Source: a virus. From it: DNA of 32,577 bases. The notes below the pieces were generated by a model. That model saw only the letters and a program-made list of their open reading frames with translations. It was not told where the DNA came from and did not search any database. This document shows positions 6,464 to 15,048 of the stretch, one piece after another. Every line of letters starts with the position of its first letter. The first letter of the stretch is position 1. The stretch lies in IMG/VR virus record IMGVR_UViG_3300045988_176838, positions 1 through 32,577 of that record; one strand, 5' to 3'. Position numbers and translations under genes: made by a program.

Positions 6464-8591
6464 TTTGCTTTATAATCCTCTTTCTTTTTTTGTAACACCC
6501 CATACAATATGGAATGTTCTCGTCGACATAATCATAACATATTGGTGTTTCTTTGCCTTCTATGTTCCTTTCTATGCGCCCTATAGCTTGTATTGTTACA
6601 CTTTCATTCTTTTGTGGACTTGCTAGGTGTAACGTATCGAGCGCTGGTATATCAAGTCCCTCTTTTGCTAAAGCGTATGTAGCAATAATAACGCTTGCGT
6701 CATAATTTCTATCTTTTTCTTTTACCTTTCCTACTAATATCGAAGTTTTCACTCCCCTTTCTTCCAACATTTTTGATAACATTTCACACTGCGCTACTCG
6801 ATGGCACAACACAAGCTGACTATGCGGTACACGTTCCACTATGTTATTTACTATTTCTTCATTTCTTTGTGTGTTGTCAGCTAACAAGCTAATCAATTTT
6901 GTATTATTGATAGTTCCATCGAAGTCGGTATAGTCCATAACGTTATATTCTTGACTAAGGAATATCGGTTTATATTCAGCGGTTATTCGCTTATCTTTTA
7001 CCGCTTCTTTAGGAATTTCATAAACAATATCACCAACTAATGCAAATAATGAAGGTATCATTCCATCCGTTCTTGTCAATGTAGCACTCATTCCGAATTT
7101 GTAACGGCAATTTATACTATTGATTACTTTGTAGAATTGCATTGCTTTTGTGGGAGAGCCTACTAAGTGGTGGCAATTATGAACTAAATAGTTATTAGCA
7201 AAATAATTATGATTATCTTCTACTTCAAGATTATAGACAGTACATTTTCTATATTGTTTAGTATCTCCGCATTTTTGAAGTGAAACACTTTCCAACCCAT
7301 AGAATTTAAGAACTCGCTTTTCTTTTTGTCTCTTTCTTGACCTAAGATTGAACGATGGCTGGCACCATCTATTTCTATTGCTATTTTGGCATTCGGTATT
7401 GCTAAATCTATTTTGTAGCAAGGTGGGTAGCCACTTCCTCTTGGCATTTTTGTTGGTATCACGTATTCTGGAATTACACGAATTTGCTTGTCTAATAATG
7501 CTAACTCTAATTTTATTTGTGGTAATGTTTCTCCCGTTCCATTTCCTCCTCTTTCTTTTGGCTTCCAATTCATTCCTTTTAATGTTTTTGAAACTTTTTT
7601 TCTTTTTTGAGGGTCTGACATTGGTTTTTTTTTCTTCATTCGTATTGAAGAAAGTTTGTAATAGCATTCTTGAGAACATGTTATTCTTGTTTTGCTTTTT
7701 ACTTCCTTTCCACACACAACGCAATATTTTGTCATTTTTGTTTATTTCCTCCGCTTTTACCCATCCTCTTTGCGTAAACCAAGGATGATTTGAAGTACAA
7801 TACGTATCGTTTATACACGTTACTTCTCTATCTTGATGTATCATTGTTTTTAAAACTTTTTTCCACTCAATTCTATGTGTGTTCTCGTTGTAGGAAGCGA
7901 CAATATCACCTTCTTTTATATCTTTTATTTGTTTGTTTCCTTTGTTAGTTTTAATAAGTGTTTCCCCTGCAAAACACTCGTCTACTACTACCACTGAAAA
8001 TTCGTTTTTGTATAATTGTGGATCTATTTTGCTCATCGTTTGCACGGTAGCGAATGTTATATCGCTTCCAATGTTTACTGCACCTTCTGTAATCGTTCCG
8101 AAATCGCCCTCGAAGTAGCTTTCGCATCTAGCTTTGCTTTGCTCTAGAAGTTTCTTTGTGTGCGTTAGCCATAACGCCTTACCGCCTAGCTCTTTTATAA
8201 GCTGCAATGCTATATTTGTCTTACCGCTACCGCAAGGAGCTTTTAAAACCCCATTCTTTGCTTTTTTAAGCACTTCTAAGGCTGGTTTTTGATATTCATA
8301 AAGATTTATACATCCGTGCATATGTGAAGCTATAAATGGTGCAAATTGCAAATCTATATCGATATGCTTATCTAGTCCCCATAAATGTCGAATGCAACCA
8401 AACGGAAGTATCAAGTCATTTCCGCTTTTTGCGTAAAGACTTAACTTAGGTTCAATGTTTCTTGAGTAAAGCCCCAGTCGTTGTGCGTTGATATAGTCGG
8501 GATTATCTATAACTAATTCTTTCTTGCAATAGTCTATAACTGCTTGTGTTGGCTGTTTTACACGAATACTATTACTAATAATTAATCGCAT
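6456..8591 (-). CDS. SF2 DExH-box helicase precursor (about 444-aa extein) interrupted by a 267-aa intein in motif II.
   Basis: Motif I APCGSGKT. Motif II VVVDE|C…HN|CHH reconstitutes DECH after intein removal. Helicase motifs follow downstream (SAT-like MSATLT and others). Confidence 0.75.
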   Translation of the reverse strand: MRLIISNSIRVKQPTQAVIDYCKKELVIDNPDYINAQRLGLYSRNIEPKLSLYAKSGNDLILPFGCIRHLWGLDKHIDIDLQFAPFIASHMHGCINLYEYQKPALEVLKKAKNGVLKAPCGSGKTNIALQLIKELGGKALWLTHTKKLLEQSKARCESYFEGDFGTITEGAVNIGSDITFATVQTMSKIDPQLYKNEFSVVVVDECFAGETLIKTNKGNKQIKDIKEGDIVASYNENTHRIEWKKVLKTMIHQDREVTCINDTYCTSNHPWFTQRGWVKAEEINKNDKILRCVWKGSKKQNKNNMFSRMLLQTFFNTNEEKKTNVRPSKKKKSFKNIKRNELEAKRKRRKWNGRNITTNKIRVSIIRQANSCNSRIRDTNKNAKRKWLPTLLQNRFSNTECQNSNRNRWCQPSFNLRSRKRQKEKRVLKFYGLESVSLQKCGDTKQYRKCTVYNLEVEDNHNYFANNYLVHNCHHLVGSPTKAMQFYKVINSINCRYKFGMSATLTRTDGMIPSLFALVGDIVYEIPKEAVKDKRITAEYKPIFLSQEYNVMDYTDFDGTINNTKLISLLADNTQRNEEIVNNIVERVPHSQLVLCHRVAQCEMLSKMLEERGVKTSILVGKVKEKDRNYDASVIIATYALAKEGLDIPALDTLHLASPQKNESVTIQAIGRIERNIEGKETPICYDYVDENIPYCMGCYKKRKRIIKQND
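7176..7976 (-). other. Intein, corresponding to host residues 206-472.
   Basis: Block A CFAGETLI, block B TSNHPWFT, block F VYNLEVEDNHNYFANN and block G LVHN followed by extein Cys. The central roughly 140 residues in the host frame are a low-complexity K/R/N-rich linker. Confidence 0.7.
7220..7735 (-). CDS. Nested free-standing homing-endonuclease-like gene (zinc ribbon plus DUF559/Vsr-like endonuclease domain, 171 aa), encoded out of frame inside the intein.
   Basis: Its own SD GGAGGAAA lies 12 nt upstream of the ATG. It has an N-terminal CVVCGKEV…CSQEC zinc ribbon. The C-terminal region reads GYPPCYKIDLAIPNAKIAIEIDGASH…RDKKKSEFLNSMGWKVFHFKNAEILNNIENVLSIIL, typical of DUF559. Its last roughly 75 nt are dual-coded with the intein C-terminal region LESVSLQKCGDTKQYRKCTVYNLEVE. 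Confidence 0.65.
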   Translation of the reverse strand: MTKYCVVCGKEVKSKTRITCSQECYYKLSSIRMKKKKPMSDPQKRKKVSKTLKGMNWKPKERGGNGTGETLPQIKLELALLDKQIRVIPEYVIPTKMPRGSGYPPCYKIDLAIPNAKIAIEIDGASHRSILGQERDKKKSEFLNSMGWKVFHFKNAEILNNIENVLSIILK

Positions 8592-9001
8592 ATAATTTTC
8601 TCCAATGTTGGCAAGTATTCAACTGCTATACTAGCGTTTTTATATTTTTGTAAAGCTTGCAAAGTCTCAAACGATAGCCAACGCCAATCTTTTGTTACTC
8701 CACTATATATTGCAAAGCCTGTTTGTCTTATCTCAGCAACAGTGTTTGCATACTCGAAGCAACTAGCTTGATTAGGTCGAACGTTAGAGAAAGAGAATAT
8801 ATGCGTACTAGTGTGTTTTGCGTCCATTAAGAACGCTTTATTACGTTTGATAGCTATTACATCGCAAGGCTGCCCATTGGGATTATATGGCGTTAAGAAG
8901 CACCAATAGCCTTTGCTTTTTAGATATTCACACAACTGCTTTTCATAGCTGGTGCCGAGTGATTTATTACACAAGTTCTTTTTCATAAGTATAACTTTCA
9001 T
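8582..9001 (-). CDS. VRR-NUC/Hjc-like PD-(D/E)XK nuclease, a putative Holliday-junction resolvase.
   Basis: The D…D-A-K arrangement (QPCDVIAIKRNKAFLMDAKH) sits in a 139-aa protein adjacent to the replication genes. Confidence 0.5.
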   Translation of the reverse strand: MKVILMKKNLCNKSLGTSYEKQLCEYLKSKGYWCFLTPYNPNGQPCDVIAIKRNKAFLMDAKHTSTHIFSFSNVRPNQASCFEYANTVAEIRQTGFAIYSGVTKDWRWLSFETLQALQKYKNASIAVEYLPTLEKIICD

Positions 9002-11306
9002 CTAATATATCAAGCGTTATGCCTAAATAATAGACCCCCGAAGATAACCGCTTTTTCTCGTAGCGTCTACTCATTTCAGAGCAGAACTGGCGCGGTGTAA
9101 GAATTATCTCTACTTCGTTTTCCTTACACCATTGCTTATATCTTTCGTGCGCTTCCTTGTTAGATATTATTCCTTTTTTTACTTCACATACACAAGCATT
9201 ACAGAATTGCTTTACGCTGTCCATTTCTTCTTTGTATTTAGTATTTTCTTCTTTAATAATTTGTGGTACTCCTAGACCTTGCTTTTGCCACATTATACAA
9301 CCTTTTACTGCCCACCCTAGTATTTGTGGTAATTCTTCTTTTAGCTTTTCGGTAAGATCTTTATCTTCCCTGCCTTCAAAATTAGCTTTAAAAGGTATCA
9401 ATACATTTCTTCGCCATACTGCTTTATTAGCAGCTTCAATTCCAATTTTGTAATTGGTGGCAATCCACAATTTTAATTTTGGCTTGAATTCAAAGTCATT
9501 GCCGTACAGAAACCGAGCTGTTACTGGATCGCCAGCAACTATCTTTTTCATAAGTCCTTCTTTAAATCTACTTTTTTTATCAGGCTCATTCGTTTGTACA
9601 AATCTCGCGCCGCTCATTCTCGCTATATCTGGGTTAGCGTTTCCAGCGCTAACATTAGCCACACTTAGAATGCTTTTAGGTTCAATATTCATGCCATAAT
9701 CGCCTAAAATATCGCGAATAATATCGAAGAATACGCTTTTACCATTACTACCATCGCCATAACATTGGAAATAGACTTGCTCTTTATTTGTGCCAGTCAA
9801 TGAATACCCAACTGCTTTTTGAACATATGTAATGAGTTCTTGGTCTTCTAAGAAGATTTCATTTAGGAACTTTAGCCATTTTTTAGGCTCATGATCAGGG
9901 TCATATTCAATGTGTGTACTTTTACTTATCATTCTTTCTTTATCGTGAGGAAATAGCTTCCCACTTTTTAGGCTGATTATTCCGCTTTCACAATTAAGAG
10001 CGAATGCTTCACGGTCAAAATCTCTATTTTGCTTCGGTACATTAGGCAAGTGCATTGCTTCTTTGAGCATTGCTTCCTTGCCAGCGCTACTTGCTAGGCG
10101 CTTTATATTAGCGGCTTTTGCTTTGCTGTAATATTCATCTTCTATTTCAGCTAACTCAAGCTTCATATCATTGATAAGTTGATCAGCTAATAGCTTTATT
10201 TCTTGTGTACTATCGGTCTTCCAATATTTGCCGTTGTAAATCATCCATTGTTTATTGTCGAAGTTATAGCACACACTAGATCCGAACTTGTCTATAAATG
10301 CTTCCGCATTACCTGTGTCGGTCAAATCGTATTTTTTGTCATAAGCATATTTTCCTGTGCGGACTTCAAATATTTTCTTAGCTTTTTCAGGATCGTATAC
10401 TTCTTTGCAATTCGCTATAGCTTGAGCAATAGTTATATTGCCATAAGTATCAGTTCCTCGCATTTCATTCCACTTATCACGATACAAGTTTGATGAGCGA
10501 AATATTCTGTCCATTTGTTCTGGGTTCTTTCTAGTCCAGAACGCCAGAAGCATGCAGAAAGCCATATCAGCTTCACTTTGGCTATTGTACAAGCCTTGCC
10601 ACTTGCCATAGAACAAACAATTAAACAAGTTGCCGTTCTTGCTATTAACAGCTTTCATAATGATTTCATTATCATTTAGAATAGTTGTTGCGTACATTTT
10701 GTTATTGACGTAAATGTATTCAGCTACTGGATTTGTCGGCTCGACTGGCTCGGCAATTATCTTTTTAGCTATAGGGCTTTGAGTACCACCTAAATATTTA
10801 CTATACAAGTCGGTTATCTCGAATGTTCTTTCTTCTACTGTTGTGCAATTTCCAAGCATATTGCCCGTAACTGTAAAGAAACGCAAGTTATCGTACATTT
10901 CTATATTGCCTTTTCTTCGCCCCCCAGCTGGAAGATGTCCTTTGCATAAAATGTGTATGCCTTTTCCGCTAGGTGTGATCTCTGCATAAGAATTGAGTAC
11001 TGAAATAAATTCATTGAACAACACATTCATAGCATTAGGATCTCTATCGTCGTGGTTGTCAATATCTACTCCGAAGTACCCATCGCCTAAGACAAAGCCT
11101 AGCCCCTCGCATTCGTCAGTTTCTTGTGCGACTGCTAAAGCCTTATCAAAAGTTGACCAGGTTTTGCTATCGTTTACTTTTGCCCCCTTTAGGTTATTAG
11201 GATTTAATGGCATTTTCGAACCATCTATTTTCTTTTTCCACAATATCCAGCGAGGCTCAAGTTTTAATTCGTTTGGTATATTTTCTATATTGATTTTTTG
11301 TTTCAT
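8967..11306 (-). CDS. Bifunctional primase-polymerase (prim-pol N-domain) fused to a P4/D5-type SF3 helicase.
   Basis: The N-terminal prim-pol signature is GLGFVLGDGYFGVDIDNHDDRD. The C-terminal SF3 Walker A is CYGDGSNGKSVFFDII, with downstream P4-type C-terminal motifs. Confidence 0.8.
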   Translation of the reverse strand: MKQKINIENIPNELKLEPRWILWKKKIDGSKMPLNPNNLKGAKVNDSKTWSTFDKALAVAQETDECEGLGFVLGDGYFGVDIDNHDDRDPNAMNVLFNEFISVLNSYAEITPSGKGIHILCKGHLPAGGRRKGNIEMYDNLRFFTVTGNMLGNCTTVEERTFEITDLYSKYLGGTQSPIAKKIIAEPVEPTNPVAEYIYVNNKMYATTILNDNEIIMKAVNSKNGNLFNCLFYGKWQGLYNSQSEADMAFCMLLAFWTRKNPEQMDRIFRSSNLYRDKWNEMRGTDTYGNITIAQAIANCKEVYDPEKAKKIFEVRTGKYAYDKKYDLTDTGNAEAFIDKFGSSVCYNFDNKQWMIYNGKYWKTDSTQEIKLLADQLINDMKLELAEIEDEYYSKAKAANIKRLASSAGKEAMLKEAMHLPNVPKQNRDFDREAFALNCESGIISLKSGKLFPHDKERMISKSTHIEYDPDHEPKKWLKFLNEIFLEDQELITYVQKAVGYSLTGTNKEQVYFQCYGDGSNGKSVFFDIIRDILGDYGMNIEPKSILSVANVSAGNANPDIARMSGARFVQTNEPDKKSRFKEGLMKKIVAGDPVTARFLYGNDFEFKPKLKLWIATNYKIGIEAANKAVWRRNVLIPFKANFEGREDKDLTEKLKEELPQILGWAVKGCIMWQKQGLGVPQIIKEENTKYKEEMDSVKQFCNACVCEVKKGIISNKEAHERYKQWCKENEVEIILTPRQFCSEMSRRYEKKRLSSGVYYLGITLDILDESYTYEKELV

Positions 11307-11365
11307 ATCTTTTATAATAAGACTAGGCTTAATCCTCCTGAATTATTTTAAATCTTTTCGTCGAA

Positions 11366-11393
11366 AGAGCAACCTAGCTAGTTGCTCTTTTTT
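11366..11393 (+). terminator. Perfect 8-bp hairpin (AGAGCAAC-CTAGCTA-GTTGCTCT) followed by T6 on the plus strand, between the SSB and primase genes.
   Basis: The orientation favours termination of plus-strand (antisense) transcripts. On the minus strand it is preceded by A6 and followed by only TTT. Confidence 0.4.
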
Positions 11394-11399
11394 ATTGCT

Positions 11400-11846
11400 T
11401 TAGAATGGCAAATCATCGTCTGTAGTTGCTTCAGGTATGCCAGTTTTTACTTCTAGTTTCTGCGGTTTATTTTTAGAAGATTTATAAAACTTAACTGAGT
11501 TTTTATCTTCTTCGTAATAGTCATCATAGACTTTTACAACGTGCACGATAATAGGTTTGCCAACTAAGAAATCGATAACGTTTTCAATACCATTAAATTT
11601 AGTTCCATTTTCTATATCTTGTGTACCAAGAAGCTGATTAATTCTCTTTGGATTAAATCTAGTTGGATTATCTTTCGGCTTCCAAATATCTTCAAAAATT
11701 TTTCTACCATTTTCAAGCCTAAAAGTAATTGCTAATTTTTCTTTGCCTGAAGTTGGAAGAGTTCTTACTTCCATTGCTTCGATAATTGCTTCATAGTCCC
11801 CCTCAGGCAAGAGAGAATATTCTTTTTTGTATTCGTATTCAGCCAT
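11400..11846 (-). CDS. SSB-like single-stranded-DNA-binding protein with a C-terminal acidic tail.
   Basis: It ends …TTDDDLPF, the canonical SSB protein-interaction tail. It is 148 aa and adjacent to the recombinase and nuclease genes. Confidence 0.55.
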   Translation of the reverse strand: MAEYEYKKEYSLLPEGDYEAIIEAMEVRTLPTSGKEKLAITFRLENGRKIFEDIWKPKDNPTRFNPKRINQLLGTQDIENGTKFNGIENVIDFLVGKPIIVHVVKVYDDYYEEDKNSVKFYKSSKNKPQKLEVKTGIPEATTDDDLPF

Positions 11847-11851
11847 ATATG

Positions 11852-12487
11852 TTATTTAATCCTCCATTTTTCTATATATGTTTGCCATAAATCGTTTTCT
11901 TTTAGCCAATTCATAAATTTAGATATAACTGCATGTATTGGCTCTTTTTCTTTTCTATAATAAGTTTCTGTATGTAAGTTCACACCATCAAAAGCTAAAT
12001 AAGTAAAGTACTTTGCTCGTGGAAATAGCTCTAAGTAGAAATCGTGTTGGTAACTATGTACGTACTTACCAGGAACATATTTTGTAACTTTCTTTATGTC
12101 ATATATTACGCCCCCTTTTAGTACATCTAATCTACCATACATTAAGAAGTTTGTGTTATCTACTTTTATATTTTTTCTTCCAACTATTTGAAAAGCCCCT
12201 CCCTCTATAATAGGGCTTACGCAAGTAGTGCCTTCGTAACATTCTTCTTCAAAGTCTATTCCAGCTTGCATATATTGGTTTGTTCCGGTAGGTTCTCGCT
12301 TAAGCGTTTTTAAGAACGTTTCTAGCGCTTCTTTTTGCTTATTAGATATTTTATCTTCTAAACTAATTGTGTCGCTCTCAGCTTCCTTTACGTTCTCTAC
12401 ACAAAGCCATATATATTGCCAAGCATTTAATAAAGATGGTGTAACTAAGTAGCTTTCACTATTTGAATTGTTTTGCTGTTTTATCAT
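11852..12487 (-). CDS. PD-(D/E)XK exonuclease of the RecB/lambda-Exo type.
   Basis: GRLDVL…VIYDIKKV gives the D/(D/E)xK residues, and SYQHDFY gives the QxxxY motif. Confidence 0.55.
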   Translation of the reverse strand: MIKQQNNSNSESYLVTPSLLNAWQYIWLCVENVKEAESDTISLEDKISNKQKEALETFLKTLKREPTGTNQYMQAGIDFEEECYEGTTCVSPIIEGGAFQIVGRKNIKVDNTNFLMYGRLDVLKGGVIYDIKKVTKYVPGKYVHSYQHDFYLELFPRAKYFTYLAFDGVNLHTETYYRKEKEPIHAVISKFMNWLKENDLWQTYIEKWRIK

Positions 12488-13373
12488 AAGTAAGTTTCAA
12501 TTCTAGCGCTTTATTATTAAGTGCAAACCATAATTCATCTTTAGAAGTAAGGTAGTGTGTAGCTTTGGCTAAGTCCGTAAAAATATTATTGAGTTCGGTT
12601 GCCCCTTTAGCTTCATTAATTTTAGGAGTGAATTCTTCCATAACTACTTGATACTTCTTCAATTCTTCAACTTCAGCGTTCATATCGTCTTGAATTGACT
12701 TAAAAAGCTTTGCTACAAAATCATTTTTAGCGCCTTTTTCTAGTACTGGAATTTCGTAAGTCCCGTGTACACCGTGAGTGCCTTTAGCGTAGAAGCGTTC
12801 ACAATTAGAGAATGAGATAGTACGATTTTTCCCGACCATTTCAACAAAACCGCCGATGTCTACATCGTCCCATATTTCATCTTTTGTGCCACCTTCCATG
12901 CGAATTCTAAGACCTGTTACATCATTAGCAAGTGCAACTTCTGTAGCGTGAAATATGATAATAAGATGTTTATTTAAAGATTTCACAAAGGAAATGAAGG
13001 ATCTGAATTCTCTTTTTAAAGCGCCGAAGCCCTTTAATGATAATGAGCCGTCTCTTTGTCCGTTCTTTGCTTCTTTAGCAATGAGATAAGGCTTTATAAG
13101 CTCGGAAAGCTTGCCCCCAGTATCAATTACGATAGTTTCATATTCGCTCAAATCGCTGTTTTGCAAATCTTCTTTTAATTCTTCATAAGAGTTTACTTCG
13201 TCAACATCTTTTCTATATCTTGCTTCAACTCGGCTAACCCCCCTATCAAGATCAATTAATAACGGGCTTGGTGCTGATAGTGCAAGAGTAGTTTTTCCAA
13301 TTCCTGGAACACCTGCAATTATCATACAAAGTCTCTTTCCTGTGAAGTTTAATTCTGTTGGTTTCTTAATCAT
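12459..13373 (-). CDS. Sak4-like (AAA_24) RecA-fold ATPase.
   Basis: Walker A AGVPGIGKTT and Walker B IVIDT. It is 304 aa and sits upstream of the nuclease and SSB, the usual arrangement of a phage recombination module. Confidence 0.6.
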   Translation of the reverse strand: MIKKPTELNFTGKRLCMIIAGVPGIGKTTLALSAPSPLLIDLDRGVSRVEARYRKDVDEVNSYEELKEDLQNSDLSEYETIVIDTGGKLSELIKPYLIAKEAKNGQRDGSLSLKGFGALKREFRSFISFVKSLNKHLIIIFHATEVALANDVTGLRIRMEGGTKDEIWDDVDIGGFVEMVGKNRTISFSNCERFYAKGTHGVHGTYEIPVLEKGAKNDFVAKLFKSIQDDMNAEVEELKKYQVVMEEFTPKINEAKGATELNNIFTDLAKATHYLTSKDELWFALNNKALELKLTYDKTAKQFK

Positions 13374-13398
13374 TTTGTTTATTCTCCTTTTCGTTTAG

Positions 13399-13530
13399 CT
13401 ATTCTACAGCTCTTTTTATCTCTTCTATAATTTCATCAGTTGTCCATTTTTTGCCTTCAAAATTTTGGCCTTTATATGTTGCATAGTCGACAAAGTGTCC
13501 GTAGTCCCAGCCAATATAGTACTTTTTCAT
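13399..13530 (-). CDS. Possible 43-aa protein (MKKYYIGWDYGHFVDYATYKGQNFEGKKWTTDEIIEEIKRAVE).
   Basis: It fills the gap between the HTH gene and the ATPase. It is below the track cut-off and has a weak RBS. Confidence 0.2.
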   Translation of the reverse strand: MKKYYIGWDYGHFVDYATYKGQNFEGKKWTTDEIIEEIKRAVE

Positions 13531-13593
13531 TTTCTCTTCATTATTCATCGAGTTCATTTGGTGTGTTAAACGTTTTTGTTTTCATTTTTCTTT

Positions 13594-13824
13594 CTATTCT
13601 CCGATCCAATCTTCTTTAAAACGTAATAAATCTTGTGGCTCAATTTTTAAAGCTTTAGCAATTTTGTAAAGCGTTCTCCAACTAACATGTGGTACTTTTC
13701 CTTTTTCAATATTACACAATGTAGCTATTGAGATATGTGCTTTAGTCGATAACTGCTCTAAAGTCCAATCTTGCTCAACTCGCAAGTGTTTAATATGTAA
13801 ACCAAGTTCTTGCTCTGTTGTCAT
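13594..13824 (-). CDS. XRE-family HTH transcriptional regulator (Cro-like).
   Basis: The HTH reads WTLEQLSTKAHISIATLCNIEKGK. It has a strong RBS (AAGGGGGTG) and a candidate promoter TTGATA-N16-TATAGA upstream at about 13870..13900 on the minus strand. Confidence 0.75.
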   Translation of the reverse strand: MTTEQELGLHIKHLRVEQDWTLEQLSTKAHISIATLCNIEKGKVPHVSWRTLYKIAKALKIEPQDLLRFKEDWIGE

Positions 13825-13921
13825 TTTTCACCCCCTTTCTATCGAAAAACAATTTTAATGTTTTTCTCTATAATAGCGCTTGTCTCGCTATCAAATACCC
13901 CCCTAGGTGCTTTCTATTTTA

Positions 13922-14649
13922 TTATATTCTTTTATCATTGTCAATAAAAAAGTTTAACTTTTCTATTGTGTTAAAAATTTCTTCTAAAACTGAAACAACA
14001 ATACTATTACCTGCCATTTTATATAGCAGTGTTCTTGGCATATAGCTAACTTTTTCGTATACGGAGCTTTTATACCTTGTTCAATAAAAATTTAGATTTT
14101 TTAAATATTTCACGCCTTGAAAAAGTTTCTACGTCTTTCACATAAGGTGAAGAGATCATAAAAAGCCTTTTTCTATTTTGAGGTATGCCAAAATTTAAAG
14201 AATTTAAAATAAATATTTGATTAAAATAACCCATTTCCTCTAATTTTTTTTGCCAAATTTCAAAAAGCGGTGCAAATTTTGGAGATAAAAGAGTTGCAAC
14301 ATTTTCAAGTAGCAAAAATTTAGGCTTTTCTTCCATTTCTTCCATTTCTTCCAAAATTCGCCCAACTTCCCAAAGTAGCCCAGATCTAGTGCCTTTTTCT
14401 AACCCTTTTTGCTTTCCGCTCATTGATAAATCTTGACATGGAAAAGAATAAGTAAGAATATCTATATTTTTTGGCATATCTTGTCCTCGAATTTTAGTGA
14501 TGTCTCCATAATTTTTAGCCCCGTTATTGTGGCTTTTATAGTATGCTTCAAAAATTTTGCTATCAATTTCAGAACCCCCCCATCACCTCTCCTTTTTTCA
14601 GAGCTTTTGCTTGCGCCCCAATTTCTGCGAACATTTCAAAAAGTCTCAT
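13922..14649 (-). pseudogene. Decayed HhaI-like C5-cytosine methyltransferase with a degenerate motif I, a frameshift in a G7 tract, a deleted TRD and motif IX, and motif X retained in another frame.
   Basis: The N-terminus MRLFEMFAEIGAQAKAL (ATG 14649, SD GGGGGAG) corresponds to motif I with both glycines replaced. A stop follows the G7 tract at 14575..14581, and G6 would restore the frame. ORF 14070..14477 carries PCQ (SFPCQDLSMSGKQKG), ENV and QNRKRLF, then ends. A third frame at 14080..13922 encodes …SVYEKVSYMPRTLLYKMAGNSIVVSVLEEIF (motif X). About 95 aa are missing between motif VIII and motif X. Confidence 0.7.
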
Positions 14650-14688
14650 TTTTTCTCCCCCTTCATTTTATTATTTTTTATTATCGTT

Positions 14689-15048
14689 TTAGTTTAGCCA
14701 ACGTAATATTGGTTCGGTTTTTGAGCCTTTGAGCCAGACAAACCAGGCATAAGCGACCGCAGGCCCCCCCACAGGCTTTGAAATTCCATTTTTAAAGCAT
14801 GCAAAACAAATTCGAGCACCTTTAAAAAAGTCTTTTACTTCTCCATACCCTCGCGGGACCAGGTCGGAAGATTTTACGCAATAATGGACTTGTTTTAGCG
14901 TTTCAGAAATCGCACCACCGCCACAAGCAGGTTCTAAAATATTAGTGTTGAATTTTTCGACAGCCAAAAGCGCTCGAACACTGTCGGGATCTGTGCTGTA
15001 ATAGTCCAGCTCTGCTCTCTCTTCTTTCTTATGTCTTATATTATACAT
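14689..15048 (-). CDS. Truncated gamma-class N6-adenine methyltransferase fragment carrying motifs X, I, II and III only.
   Basis: STDPDSVRALLAV…ILEPACGGGAI matches the M.TaqI-type motif X and motif I. There is no (N/D)PPY motif in any frame. A G7 tract lies within the coding sequence at 14764..14770, and the RBS itself is GAGGGGGGG at 15060..15068. Confidence 0.45.
   Translation of the reverse strand: MYNIRHKKEERAELDYYSTDPDSVRALLAVEKFNTNILEPACGGGAISETLKQVHYCVKSSDLVPRGYGEVKDFFKGARICFACFKNGISKPVGGPAVAYAWFVWLKGSKTEPILRWLN

Noticed and set aside
6695-6892. Plus-strand ORFs inside the helicase/intein locus (6695..6892, 7348..7788 and 7933..8118)
   Set aside because: They are antisense to two supported frames, and their Leu/Phe-rich translations are typical of AT-rich antisense sequence.
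9157-11403. Plus-strand ORFs antisense to the primase gene (9157.., 9454.., 10203.. and 10993..)
   Set aside because: They are antisense to a gene with strong motifs and lack translation signals.
13818-14045. Plus-strand ORF 13818..14045 and ORF 14433..14732
   Set aside because: They are antisense to the MTase remnant frames and the Cro promoter region, with hydrophobic nonsense translations.
14689-15048. The N6-MTase ORF as the C-terminal partner of the C5-MTase (a single fused gene)
   Set aside because: The C5 remnant has its own motif-I-like N-terminus and SD. The two ORFs belong to different MTase classes.
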